Shown here: positions 1 to 10,626 of the stretch, one piece after another | How positions within the stretch are numbered: the stretch's first letter is position 1 | How the letters are laid out: each line of letters begins with the position of its first letter | Source of the DNA: Octopus vulgaris | Taxonomy: Eukaryota | Direction of reading: 5' to 3' | Assembly (NCBI GenBank): GCA_951406725.2 | Contig: OX597843.1 | Location: 6,014,001-6,078,000 of the forward strand | Length of the DNA: 64,000 bases | Translations under genes and position numbers: made by a program | Notes under the pieces: generated by a model | What the model saw: the letters and a program-made list of their open reading frames with translations, nothing else | The model's database searches: none | Told to the model about the DNA's origin: nothing

Positions 1-255
1 TTTTAATATTCTCACAAAGAGTCTGAGGAACTTGCACAAAGTAGATGTAGCGGTTTTTAAATCAAAGCTGGACATCTTCCTGTCAAGAGTCCCAGATGAA
101 CCTACCTCACGACAAGAGGTGCAAATGAGAGTAGCTGTATCAAACTCCATTCTTCACCAAGTGCCACATATTAGACGAGGTTCTTCGCAATAACAGTGTA
201 GCACAAAACTGCGGTGCATTAGCATGGCCGCAGCTCTGAGCTGAAACTAGAGATT
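1..255 (+). mobile_element. 3' end of CR1-like LINE (ORF2 C-terminus plus 3' UTR), runs off window start
   Basis: Frame from nt 2 reads FNILTKSLRNLHKVDVAVFKSKLDIFLSRVPDEP...SNSILHQ...*, homologous to the C-terminus of the RT element at 31154-32470 (FNITPK...FKKSLDRFLQEIPDKP). It is followed by the tail GCGGTGC..GCATGGCC..hairpin..GAAAC. Confidence 0.8.
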
Positions 256-279
256 AAAAAAAGAATATATATATATATA

Positions 280-527
280 TTGCAGCGTGTAAGGTGTTTA
301 TAAGCCATTTACGAAACAAAATCCGTTAGATTCACTTCAACATTTAAATTTAATTTGTCAAAATATTTTCGTCGCTTTGAGACCGCGACCTGATCACTGA
401 CAAAGCTTCGTGCTTCAAAACTTTGTGTGTTTCTTGAATGGCTTATAAACACCTTCCACGCTGCAATTGCTTTCGTTCCAGCACACGATCTTAGATCAAG
501 TCACTCGCTATGCAAGTACATCTCCGT
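280..527. mobile_element. Penelope-like / retrozyme-like short element with ~40 bp inverted arms, inserted in TA/TG microsatellite
   Basis: 280-320 (TTGCAGCGTGTAAGGTGTTTATAAGCCATT..) is the near reverse complement of 425-466 and encloses a hammerhead-like motif. Family assignment is inference. Confidence 0.55.
354..404 (-). ncRNA. Minimal type-I hammerhead ribozyme-like motif, G3:C8 core variant
   Basis: Minus strand: TTTGTCA-GTGATCA-G-GTCGC ggtctcaaa GCGAC-GAAA-ATAT-TT-TGACAAA. 7 bp stem I, 5 bp stem II, palindromic stem III. Confidence 0.7.
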
Positions 528-600
528 GTATATACATATATATATGTGTGTGTGTGTGTTTGTGCCTGTGTGTGTGTGTGTGCGCGTGTGTGTGTGTATG

Positions 601-631
<31 letters not shown>

Positions 632-643
632 GCATATATATAT

Positions 644-1051
644 ACTCTTTTACTTGTTTCACTCATTTGACTGTGGCCATGCTGGAGCATCTCATTTCGT
701 CGTGCAAATCGACCCCAGGAATTATTCTTTGTAAGCCTAGTACGTATTCTATCTATCTCTTTTGCCGAACCTCTAAAGTTACGGGGACGTAAACATACCA
801 CCATCGGTTGTCATGTTGGGGGTACAAACACTGACATACAAACATATACACACACATACATACACACACACACATATATATATATATACATATATACGAC
901 GGGCTTCTTTCAGTTTCCGTCTACCAAATCCACTCCCAAGGCTTTGGTCGGCCCGAGGCTATAGTAAAAGACACTTGCCATAGCTGCCACGCAGTAGGAC
1001 TGAACCCGAAGCCATGTGGTTGGGAAGCAAGTTACTTACCACACACAGCCA
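644..1051 (-). mobile_element. SINE family A (tRNA head, CORE-like ACCTTGGGCAAGT, internal TA/TG microsatellite, CR1-type tail)
   Basis: Matches about 20 other copies in the window; ends in (AAAAGAGT)n-like tail. Confidence 0.9.
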
Positions 1052-1188
1052 TTTACATATATTTATCTACACATGCTGACATATATACATGCATACGCAC
1101 ACACGTATATAAAACATGATATATACATACTTACATAGACGTACACACATACACACACAATCATACATACACGCTCTCACACATGGTG

Positions 1189-1760
1189 CATGTGTGTGTC
1201 TATGTGAGCGTGTGTATGAGTGTGTGTGTATGCAAAAACGTGTGTGTGCGTCTATGTGAGCGTGTGTATGAGTGTGTGTGTGTATGCAAAAACGTGTGTG
1301 TGTGTGTCTATGTGAGCGTGTGTATGAGTGTGTGTGTATGCAAAAACGTGTGTGTGTGTGTCTATGTGAGCGTGTGTATGAGTGTGTGTGTGTATGCAAA
1401 AACGTGTGTGTGTGTCTATGTGAGCGTGTGTATGTGTATGCAAAAACGTGTGTGTGTGTCTATGTGAGCGTGTGTATGTGTATGCAAAAACGTGTGTGTG
1501 TGTCTATGTGAGCGTGTGTATGTGTATGCAAAACGTGTGTGTGTGTGTCTATGTGAGCGTGTGTATGAGTGTGTGTGTATGCAAAAACTTGTGTGTGTGT
1601 GTCTATGTGAGCGTGTGTATGAGTGTGTGTGTATGCAAAAACGTGTGTGTGTGTGTCTGTGTCTGCAAAAAACGTGTGTGTGTGTCTATGTGAGCGTGTG
1701 TATGCAAAAACGTGTGTGTGTGTGTCTATGTGAGCGTGTGTATGAGTGTGTGTGTGTCTA
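1189..1760. repeat. Compound minisatellite, ~45-55 bp unit (GT)nCTATGTGAGCGTGTGTATGAGT(GT)nATGCAAAAAC, about 11 copies
   Basis: Recurrent anchors CTATGTGAGCG and TGCAAAAAC separated by variable GT runs. Confidence 0.9.
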
Positions 1761-2524
1761 TGTGTATGTGCGTGTGAGTTTATGTGTGTCATTGTGTTTG
1801 TCTGTGGCTGTGTATTTGTGTGTGTACGTGTCCGTGTGTGAGTCTGTTGGTGTGTGGGTGTGTGTGTGGTGTGACTGTGTGTGTATATCTTTGTGCCTCT
1901 GTGTGTGTGTGTGTCTGAGTGTGTGTGTGTGTGCCTGTGTGTGTGTGTGTGTGTGTCTGTTTGTGTGTAGGTCGTGAATCGTTTGTTTAAGAAAAGGTAT
2001 GGGACAGGTGCTGGCGGTATTTGGAATGAAGGCGGTGGAGAAGCTTCTAGTGATGGTGGTGGTGGTGGTGGTGGTGGTAGCCGCGGCGGTCATTGTAATG
2101 GCGGCGTAGGCGGCAGCGGAAGTAAAGATTGTGGAAATAACAAGTAGAGGGGGAAAAGCCGTCGAAGATCAGCTGACGGAAGTGTGAAATTTTTCTGAGA
2201 AAACCTGGGTGAGATTTTGTGCCAGTGTGTGTGTGAATGTTTTATTAAACCAGCTACGTTGGCGGCCATTTTGCTGCTTGTTTTGCAAGCAGCAGGTGAC
2301 CCTAGGTAATTCTCACGCACACACCATATTCTCACCGACCATCCCGTCATTCATTAGAGTTGTAAGGCCGTGTTCATTCATAAATAAATAGGTGTGAGTG
2401 TGTGTGTGTATATATATGTATGTGTGTGTGTGAATATATATATATGACTGTGTGTGTGTATATGTGCGTATATATATATGAGTGTGTGTGTATTTATATA
2501 TGTGTGTATATATACATATATATT

Positions 2525-2898
2525 CTCTTTTACTTGTTTTAGTCATTTGACTGTGGCCATGCTGGAGCACCGCCTTTTAGTCGAGCAAATCGACCCCAGG
2601 ACTTATTTTTTGTAAGCCTAGTATATATTCTATCGGTCTCTTTTGCCGAACCACTAAGGTACGGGGACGTAAACACACCAGCATTGGTTGTCAAGCAATG
2701 GTGGGGGGACAAACACAGGCACACAAACATATACACACATACATATATATATACGACGGGCTTCTTTCAGTTTCCGTCTACCAAATCCACTGACAAGGCT
2801 TTGGTCGGCCCGAGGCTATAGCAGAAGACACTTGCCCAAGGTGCCAAGCAGTGGGACTGAACTCGAAACCATGTGGTTGGTAAACAAGCTACTTACCA
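2525..2898 (-). mobile_element. SINE A, 5' end truncated by SINE B
   Basis: Identity to other SINE A copies. Confidence 0.9.
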
Positions 2899-4157
2899 TC
2901 GATTACATCGACCCCAGTGCTCAACTAGTACTTATTTTGTCGACCTGGAATGGGTGAAAGGCAAAGTCGACCTCGGAGGGGATTTGAACTCAGAACATTA
3001 AGACAGACAGAACAGCACTGAACTTTTTGGTGAATGTTGAGTGACGCTTTTCGAAGAATCCGCGCTCATGTCTTTTCTATTCTAGACACAAGGCCCGAAA
3101 GTTTTGGGGGAGGAGCCAGTCGGTTTCATCGACCGCAATGCGCAACTGGTACTTTATTTATCGACCCCGGAAAGAATGTATGGCAAAGCTGACCTCGGCG
3201 GAATTTGAACTCAGAATGTAGCGGCAGACTAATTACCTATTTCTTTACTACCCACAAGGGGCTTAACTCAGAAGGAACAATCAAGGACAGACAAAGGGAT
3301 TAAGTCGATTATATCAACCCCAGTGCGTAACTGGTGCTTATTTAATCGACCCCGAAAGGATGAAAGGCAAAGTCGACCTCGGCGGAAATCGAACTCAGAA
3401 CGTTAAGACAGACGAAATATTGCTAAGCGTTTCGCACGCCGTGAAACGATTCTGCCAGCTCGCCGCCTTTATCCTCGCACTCGTCTGAGCCAAGCTAGCG
3501 CCTCTTAAGTTCACAAAATAATCTTTTCTACTCTAGGCACAAGGCCCGAAAATTTTGGGAAGGAGGCCAGTCGATTAGATCGACCCAGTACGCAAACTGG
3601 TACTTATTTAATCGACCCTGAAAGGATGAAAGGCAAAGTCGACCTCGGCGGAATTCGAACTCAGAACGTAAAGACAGACGAAATATCTCATTTCTTTACT
3701 GCTAACAAGGGGCTAAACACAGAGGGGACAAACAAGGACAGACATAGGGATTAAGTCGATTATATAGACCCCAGTGCGTAACTGGTACTTATTTAATCGA
3801 CCCCGAAATGATGAAAGGCAAAGTCGACCTCGGCGGAATTCGAACTCAGAACGTAAAGACAGACGAAATATCTCATTTCTTTACTGCTAACAAGGGGCTA
3901 AACACAGAGGGGACAAACAAGGACAGACATAGGTATTAAGTCGATTACATCGACCCCATTGCGGAACTGGTGCTTAATTTATCGACCCCGAAATGATGAA
4001 AGGCAAAGTCGACCTCGGCGGAATTCGAACTCAGAACGTAAAGACAGACGAAATACCGCTAGCGTTTCGCCCGGCGTGCTAACGATTCTGCCAGATCACC
4101 GCCTTTATCCGAGCTCACCTCTGAGCCAAGCAAGCGCCTTTTTAAGTTCACAAAATA
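2899..4157 (-). mobile_element. Cluster of SINE B units (tRNA-like head, central GAGGTCGACTTTGCCTTTCATCC domain, two alternative tails), tandemly duplicated
   Basis: Six body units. Block 3072-3520 is repeated as 3521-4157, including the same ~50 bp spacer (TGAGCCAAGC.AGCGCCT..TAAGTTCACAAAAT). Confidence 0.85.
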
Positions 4158-4444
4158 TTGACTATCAAAAGCTACCGACAAACATTGAGGTCAACAGGTT
4201 TACGTAACAGAATACAATAGGATTATAAAGCACACAAAAAAGAAGAAACGGTAGGGTTTGGTTCTCTCACACATTTTACAATGTACTGATAACTGTAACA
4301 AACTTCACACACCCACTCAGAAAATACCCGGAAAGATTCATGCACCCGGGTGACATAAAACCATTTATGTTCCTTCTGTATTTCAGAAACAGAATTACTA
4401 AGAAACAAGGTCGTGGCTGTCATCATTCGCCTTGAAGCCACTGC

Positions 4445-4476
<32 letters not shown>

Positions 4477-4486
4477 GTCTGTGTGT

Positions 4487-4874
4487 GGAGGCACACGGCC
4501 TAGCGTTTAGAGCAACGGACTCGCGGTCGAGGGATCGCGGTTTCGATTCCCATACCGGGCGTTGTGAGTGTTTATTGAGCGGAAACACCTAAAAGCTCCA
4601 CGAGGCTCCGGCAGGGGATGGTTGGTGATCCCTGCTGTACTCTTTCACCACAACTTTCTCTCACTCTTACTTGTTGTTTCTGTTGTACCTGTATTTCAAA
4701 GGGGCCGGCCTTGTCACTCTCTGTGTCACGCTGAATATCACCCCCGAGAACTACGTTAAGGGTGCACGTGTCTGTGGAGTGCTCAGCCACTTACACGTTA
4801 ATTTCACGAGCAGGCTGTTCCGTTGATTCGGATCAACCGGAACCCTCATCGTCGTAACCGACGGAGTGCTTCCC
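4487..4874 (+). mobile_element. SINE C (tRNA-Arg-like head, tail type 1 ending GGAGTGCTTCC)
   Basis: A-box-like CGGCCTAGCGTT (TGGCCYAGTGG in other copies) and B-box-like GTTTCGATTCC; flanked by direct repeat ATGTCTGTGTGT. Confidence 0.9.
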
Positions 4875-4886
4875 ATGTCTGTGTGT

Positions 4887-5180
4887 GGAGGCACATGGCC
4901 TAGTGGTTAGAGCAGCGGACTCGAGGTCTAGGGATCACGGGTTCGAATCTCAGACCGGGCGATGTGAGTGTTTATGAGCGAAAACACCTAAGCTCCACGC
5001 GGCTCCGGCAGAAGGTAATGGCGACCTTCTGCTGACTCTTTCGCCACAACTTTCTCTCGCTCTTTCCTCCTGCGTCTTGCAGCTCACCTGCAACGGATCG
5101 GCGTCCTGTCCAGGTGGGGAACCTATACGCCCAAGGAAACCAGGAAATCGGCCCTTATGAGCCAGAGAAGGAACAAACAA
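4887..5180 (+). mobile_element. SINE C variant with tail type 2
   Basis: Same head and body as SINE C up to CACAACTTTCTCTC, then an unrelated tail ending GAAGGAACAAACAA. Confidence 0.85.
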
Positions 5181-5449
5181 TGTCTGTGTGGAGGGGTGTG
5201 TATTTGTGCGTGGGCGTGTGCATATGTGCGTGTTCTACGCGTGTGCGTGTGTATCTGTTTGTGAGTGTGTGTGTGTGTGCCTGTGTGTGTGCATGTACTA
5301 CGTATATGTGTGTGTGTGCGTGTGGGGGGGTGCTACGCGTGGGTGGGTGCGTGTGTGCGCGTGTGTTTACCTGGACCAAAGCCGAATGCTCAAGGTAAAA
5401 AGGGACGAGCTAAGAGCGGACTAAACAACAATGAGGAGCTCATATAATC

Positions 5450-6287
5450 CGGGATATACTGTAGTCGAATAAAAGACAGGATGGTCACACCTGGAACGTC
5501 TTTTATCATAGGTCTAGTGAAGTGACCTGAGACGAAACAACGAGGAAGGATATATTAGATAATATAGTCCTCGGTACACTATGTCTGAATAAAAGACAGG
5601 ATGGTTACAGCTGGAACATTTTTGATCATAGGTGTGTCTGGATCAGGACTGACCCAGGGCTAAACAACGAGGACATATTAGATAATGTAGTCCTAGGTAC
5701 ACTATGCCTGAATAGAAGACAGGATGGTCACAGTTGGAACATCTTTGATCGGAGGTCAGCTGGATCAGGATTGACCTGCGGCTACACAACAGGTAAGAAC
5801 ACATTTTTTCTTTAGTCCTAGATACACTGTCTGAATAAAAGACGGGATGGTCACAGATGGAACGTCTGTGATCATAGGTCTGTCTGAATCAGGACTGACC
5901 CGGGGCTAAACAACAGAGAAGGACATTTTTTCTTTAGTCCTACATACACTGTCTGAATAAAAGACGGGGTGGTCACAGATGGAACGTCTGTGATCATAGG
6001 TCTGTCTGGATCAGGACTGACCCGGGGCTAAACAACAAAGAAGAACACATTTTTTCTTTAGTCCTAGATACACTGTCTGAATAAAAGACGGGGTGGTCAC
6101 AGATGGAACGTCTGTGATCATAGGTCTGTCTAAATCAGGACTGACCCGGGGCTAAACAACAGAGAAGGACACATTTTTTCTTTAGTCCTAGATACACTGT
6201 CAGAATAAAAGACGGGGTGGTCACAGATGGAACGCCTGTGATCATAGGTCTATCTGAATCAGGACTGACCCGGGGCTAAACAACAAC
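5450..6287 (+). repeat. Tandem array, 7 x ~120-124 bp
   Basis: GAATA(A/G)AAGAC anchor at ~5467, 5587, 5710, 5833, 5955, 6079, 6203; last four copies nearly identical; ends GGCTAAACAACAAC. Confidence 0.95.
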
Positions 6288-6690
6288 ATTAGCAACCAGC
6301 TGGAAGCATTTCCGAATATTCTAAAAATCTTGGAATGTCACAAAAGACGGAAGTACACCAGAGAAAGACAGGCAAAAGAGATCAAGTTACTTGTGGCTTT
6401 GTGAAGAATACCACAAACACACACACACGCACATACACAGATATGTATATATGTATATATATTCATAAAGACACAGAGAGAATACAAATTTATGTAATAC
6501 AGATTTTGATGTCGGCCATAAAATGGCGGTGTGATGTAGGAACTACGCTTCGAAAATCCTGAGACCCGTGTTCAACGTAGCGGTTTCGTTTCCCATGCGC
6601 GGAAATACATATATATATTCATTTACTTGTTTCAGTCATTTGACTGCGGCCGTGCTGGAGCACCGCCTTTACTCCACTCTATACGCTTTG

Positions 6691-7630
6691 CAACGTTTAT
6701 TTTTAAAAGTAGTGGTTTGCTGATTGCAGCCCTCCCGTGAAATCTGGCTTTGTACAGCTCCCAGTGAACAGTTTTTGTGGAAACTGGGTTCTCGAAGTGG
6801 TCATTAAGCTCTGCAGTAATTTTGGGAGCTATACTTTTGCGATCCTTTCTAACAATTCGCGTAAGAGCCCGACAGTCCCTATCTGAAAGTCTTAGTTTTC
6901 TTCCTGAGTTTTGTTTCGACGAAGAGGTTTTTCCCTCTTTCTCAAAGACTCATTACTTTCAAGACAGTACTTCTTGATACACCAAACATTTCGGTTGTTT
7001 TTGTTACGCTAGCGTCTGCCATAGGAGTACCAACAAATTGACCTCTTTGAAAGTTCAATAGATCTGTTATGTTAATGAATTTTACTTACCTTTTTCTATG
7101 CTAGCGCCTGCCATAGGAGCACCAACAAATTGACCTCTTTGAAAGTCGTATAGATGTATCATTTTAATGAATTTTACTTACCTTTTTTCTATGCTAGCGC
7201 CTGCCATAGGAGCACCAACAGATTGACCTCTTTGAAAGTCGGATAGATCTGTTATGTTAATGAATTTTACTTACCTTTTTCTATGCTAGCGCCTGCCATA
7301 GGAGCACCAACAAATTGACCTCTTTGAAAGTCGGATAGATCTATCATTTTAATGAATTTCACTTACCTTTTACTATGCTAGCGCCTGCCATACGAGCACC
7401 AACAAATTGACCTCTTTGAAAGTCGGATACATCTGTCATTTTAATGAATTTTACTTACCTTTTTCTAATGATATCTAAAAAGAAACTGCAATTTCAGGAA
7501 CACATATTTAGCAACACAATAATAATAAATCAAAAAACATAAAAATAAACAAGCTTTTGATGGTTTTATAAATATTTCAAATTTATGATGCTATGATGCT
7601 AGGTGTTTCCATTATTTTGTCCAACCTCTG
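6691..7630 (-). pseudogene. Tc1-family transposon 5' fragment (TIR plus decayed transposase N-terminus)
   Basis: TA-CAGAGGTTGGACAAAATAATGGAAACACC terminus. The minus strand decodes, with frameshifts, to MTDxSDFQRGQFVGA..ASVTKTTEMFGVSRSTV..EKEGKTSSSKQNSGRK..LSDRD..LTRIVRKD..APKITAELNDHFENPVSTKTVH.EL.KA.FHGRAAI.KPLL, typical of the Tc1 HTH region. Confidence 0.85.
7008..7467. repeat. Tandem array, 5 x ~92 bp, spanning the Tc1 transposase start codon region
   Basis: GCTAGCG at 7008, 7100, 7193, 7285, 7377. Confidence 0.95.
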
Positions 7631-7634
7631 TATG

Positions 7635-7675
<41 letters not shown>

Positions 7676-7779
7676 TTTACGGAAATTTATTCGCCCAAAA
7701 TACTTCTAGGTACTGAACCAATATTCCCTTGGATAAAAACCACCCCTTCATGAGGTTATATATATATATAAGTTGTCTC

Positions 7780-7828
<49 letters not shown>

Positions 7829-7831
<3 letters not shown>

Positions 7832-8256
7832 CGCAGGAGTGGCTGTGTGGTAAGTAGCTTGCTTACCAACCACATGGTTCCGGGTTCAGTCCACTGCGTG
7901 GCATCTTGGGCAAGTGTCTTCTGCTATAGCCCCGGGTCGACCAATGCCTTGTGAGTGGATTTGGTAGACGAAAACTGAAAGAAGCCTGTCGTATATATGT
8001 ATAAATATATATATATGTGTGTGTGTGTGTATGTGTGTGTGTTTGTGTGTCCGTGTTTGTCCCCCTAGCATTGCTTGACAACCGATGCTGGTATGTTTAC
8101 ATCCCCGTCACTTAGCGGTTCGGAAAAAAGAGACCGATAGAATAAGAAGTACTGGGCTTACAAAGAATAAGTCCCGGGGTCGATTTGCTCGACTAAAGGC
8201 GGTGCTCCAGCATGGCCGCAGTCAAATGACTGAAACAAGTAAAAGAGTAAAGAGTA
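7829..8256 (+). mobile_element. SINE A, full length, in (TA)n
   Basis: AGGCGCAGGAGTGGCTGTGTGG...GAAACAAGTAAAAGAGT. Confidence 0.92.
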
Positions 8257-8278
8257 TATCCAGTAACAAATTCTGAAA

Positions 8279-8641
8279 AGGGCAGCGGACGCGCGGTCGT
8301 AGGATCGCGGTTTCGATTCCCAGGCCGGGCATTGTGAGTGTTTATTGAGCGAAAACACCTAAAGCTCCACGAGGCTCCGGCAGGGGATGGTGATGATCCC
8401 TGCTGTACTCTTTCACCACAACTTTCTCTCACTCTTACTTCCTGTTTCTGTTGTACCTGTATTTCAAAGGGCCGGCCTTGTCACTCTCTGTGTCACGCTG
8501 AATATCCCCGAGAACTACGTTAAGGGTACACGTGTCTGTGGAGTGCTCAGCCACTTACACGTTAATTTCACGAGCAGGCTGTTCCGTTGATTCGGATCAA
8601 CCGGAACCCTCGTCGTCGTAACTGACGGAGTGCTTCCATCC
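8279..8641 (+). mobile_element. SINE C, 5'-truncated, tail type 1
   Basis: Identity to 10242-10626. Confidence 0.9.
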
Positions 8642-8992
8642 ATATACTTATAATCATTAAATAACACTTTGATTCAGTACCATAATTAAATAATATATGG
8701 ATGCCATACCGCGCACACATACACACAAATAATATGTATATATCTTGTAGTATAGCCTCGGAACGTGGCTATAATAGAAGACATTTGTGCAAAGCACATC
8801 ACATAGGGACTGAACCCGGAACCATGTGGCTAGGAAGCAAACTTCTTACCACACAGACACGCCTAAATATATATATAGAGAGAGAGGGGGGAGAATGAGA
8901 GAGAGAGAGAAAGAAAGCAAGAAAGAGATATAGGTAGGCAGATAGCGACAGAGAGACAGACAGACAGATAGATAGATTAGATAGATAGATAT

Positions 8993-9200
8993 GTTTCTTT
9001 ATTAGCCACACAGGGTTGCACACAGACAGAACAAATTACAAGGTAGAGCTTTTCTTTTGGGGGTAAAAAAAAAAAAATGGGGGTTGGTTTTCGATCAAAA
9101 GGGATCGTAAAAGGAAAGAAAGAGGACAAAAAAAGGGGAGGATTTTTTAAAAAAAGGGGGGAGAGGGAAAAAAAAGAAAAGGGGAGAGGAATAAAAAAAA
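8993..9200 (-). mobile_element. Probable LINE 3' UTR fragment within (GATA)n; end similar to SINE B tail
   Basis: Minus-strand end CCTTGTAATTTGTTCTGTCTGTGTGCAACCCTGTGTGGCTAATAAAGAAA aligns to SINE B tail CCTTGTTTGTTCCCTCTGTGTTTAGTTCCTTGTGGGTAATAAAGAAA. Confidence 0.5.
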
Positions 9201-9316
9201 GATAGATAGATAGATAGATAGTGAGAGAGAGATAAGTAGATAGATAGACAGAGAGAGAGAGGTAGATAGATAAATAGATAGGTAGAGAGAGAGAGAGAGA
9301 GAGGTAGGTAGGTAGG

Positions 9317-9347
<31 letters not shown>

Positions 9348-9399
9348 GCAGATAGACAGATAGATAGATAGATAGATAGATAGACAGAGAGAGAGGTAG

Positions 9400-9442
<43 letters not shown>

Positions 9443-9450
9443 TAGGTAGG

Positions 9451-9504
<54 letters not shown>

Positions 9505-9528
9505 TAGGTAGATAGACAGAGAGAGAGG

Positions 9529-9567
<39 letters not shown>

Positions 9568-9568
9568 G

Positions 9569-9628
<60 letters not shown>
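9200..9628. repeat. (GATA)n/(GA)n compound microsatellite
   Basis: Direct reading. Confidence 0.95.
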
Positions 9629-9638
9629 CACGTGTTTT

Positions 9639-9671
<33 letters not shown>

Positions 9672-9673
<2 letters not shown>

Positions 9674-9728
9674 TTTGATTTTTCCAGTTTCAGCTCATGA
9701 GCTGTGGCCATGCTGGGGCACCGCCATT
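9672..9728 (-). mobile_element. Isolated CR1-type 3' tail
   Basis: Minus: GGCGGTGCCCCAGCATGGCCACAGCTCATGAGCTGAAACTGG plus AAAATC repeats; matches the tail at 210-250. Confidence 0.7.
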
Positions 9729-9745
9729 TAAAAAAATGAAAGTGA

Positions 9746-9807
9746 TGCGTCGGCCGGGAGTCGAACCCGGATCAACTGCTTGGAAGGCAACCATGCTAAC
9801 CGTTACA
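9746..9807 (-). pseudogene. tRNA-Gly(TCC) pseudogene lacking 5' acceptor strand
   Basis: Minus: GTAACGGTTAGCATGGTTGCCTTCCAAGCAGTTGATCCGGGTTCGACTCCCGGCCGACGCA, then trailer and T-run; no CCA; first ~10 nt missing. Confidence 0.85.
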
Positions 9808-10241
9808 AAATAGCATTTATTTCTTTTATTTGTTGAGCTTCGGGGCATTCGGACGTCGTGTGTCGTCAACGCTGTTCGCTCAGTAAAACCGATTACTCTT
9901 CCCAGCGTCAGTGTAGGCGTCGTGCGGTGGCGTGTGGTGGCGTGTGGTGTCTTGTGGTCTGCTGTTGACTGACACAGGGTCACCGAGTAAAGCCCGAAAT
10001 TTACATATTTAACCTAGCTTCTTCAGCAGCTGGTTTCAGGAAGGTGTAGGCGGCGATGGAGTGCGATGGTACCGCAGTGGTGGGCTTGCTTCGTCTGTCA
10101 ACAAAGACACTAACTGTACCACGTGTCAACGAGAAGGAGGAGAGGGCAATCTCGTTGAGATTGTAATATATGCTAGAAATAGCAGCTCAATCTTCCTTAA
10201 CTAATACCCTACTGTTTTCTGCAAGCATTTGTACTCTTTCA

Positions 10242-10626
10242 GAGGCGCAATGGCCCAGTGGTTAGGGCAGCGGACTCGCGGTCGCAGGATCGCGGTTTCG
10301 ATTCCCAGACCGGGCGTTGTGAGTGTTTATTGAGCGAAAACACCTAAAGCTCCACGAGGCTCCGGCAGGGGGTGGTGGCGATCCCTGCTGTACTCTTTCA
10401 CCACATCTTTCTCTCACTCTTATTTCCTGTTTCTGTTGTACCTGTATTCCAAAGGGCCGGCCTTGTCACTCTCTGTGTCACGCTGAATATCCCCGAGAAC
10501 TACGTTAAGGGTACGCGTGTCTGTGGAGTGCTCAGCCACTTACACGTTAATTTCACGAGCAGGCTGTTCCGTTGATTCGGATCAACCGGAACCCTCGTCG
10601 TCGTAACCGACGGAGTGCTTCCATCC
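10242..10626 (+). mobile_element. SINE C, full length, with 32 bp target-site duplication
   Basis: ACTGTTTTCTGCAAGC(A/G)TTTGTACTCTTTCAG at 10211-10242 and 10627-10658. Confidence 0.93.

Noticed and set aside
5450-7467. Regularly spaced repeats resembling CRISPR arrays
   Set aside because: Whole units repeat with no unique spacers, there are no cas genes, and the context is eukaryotic.
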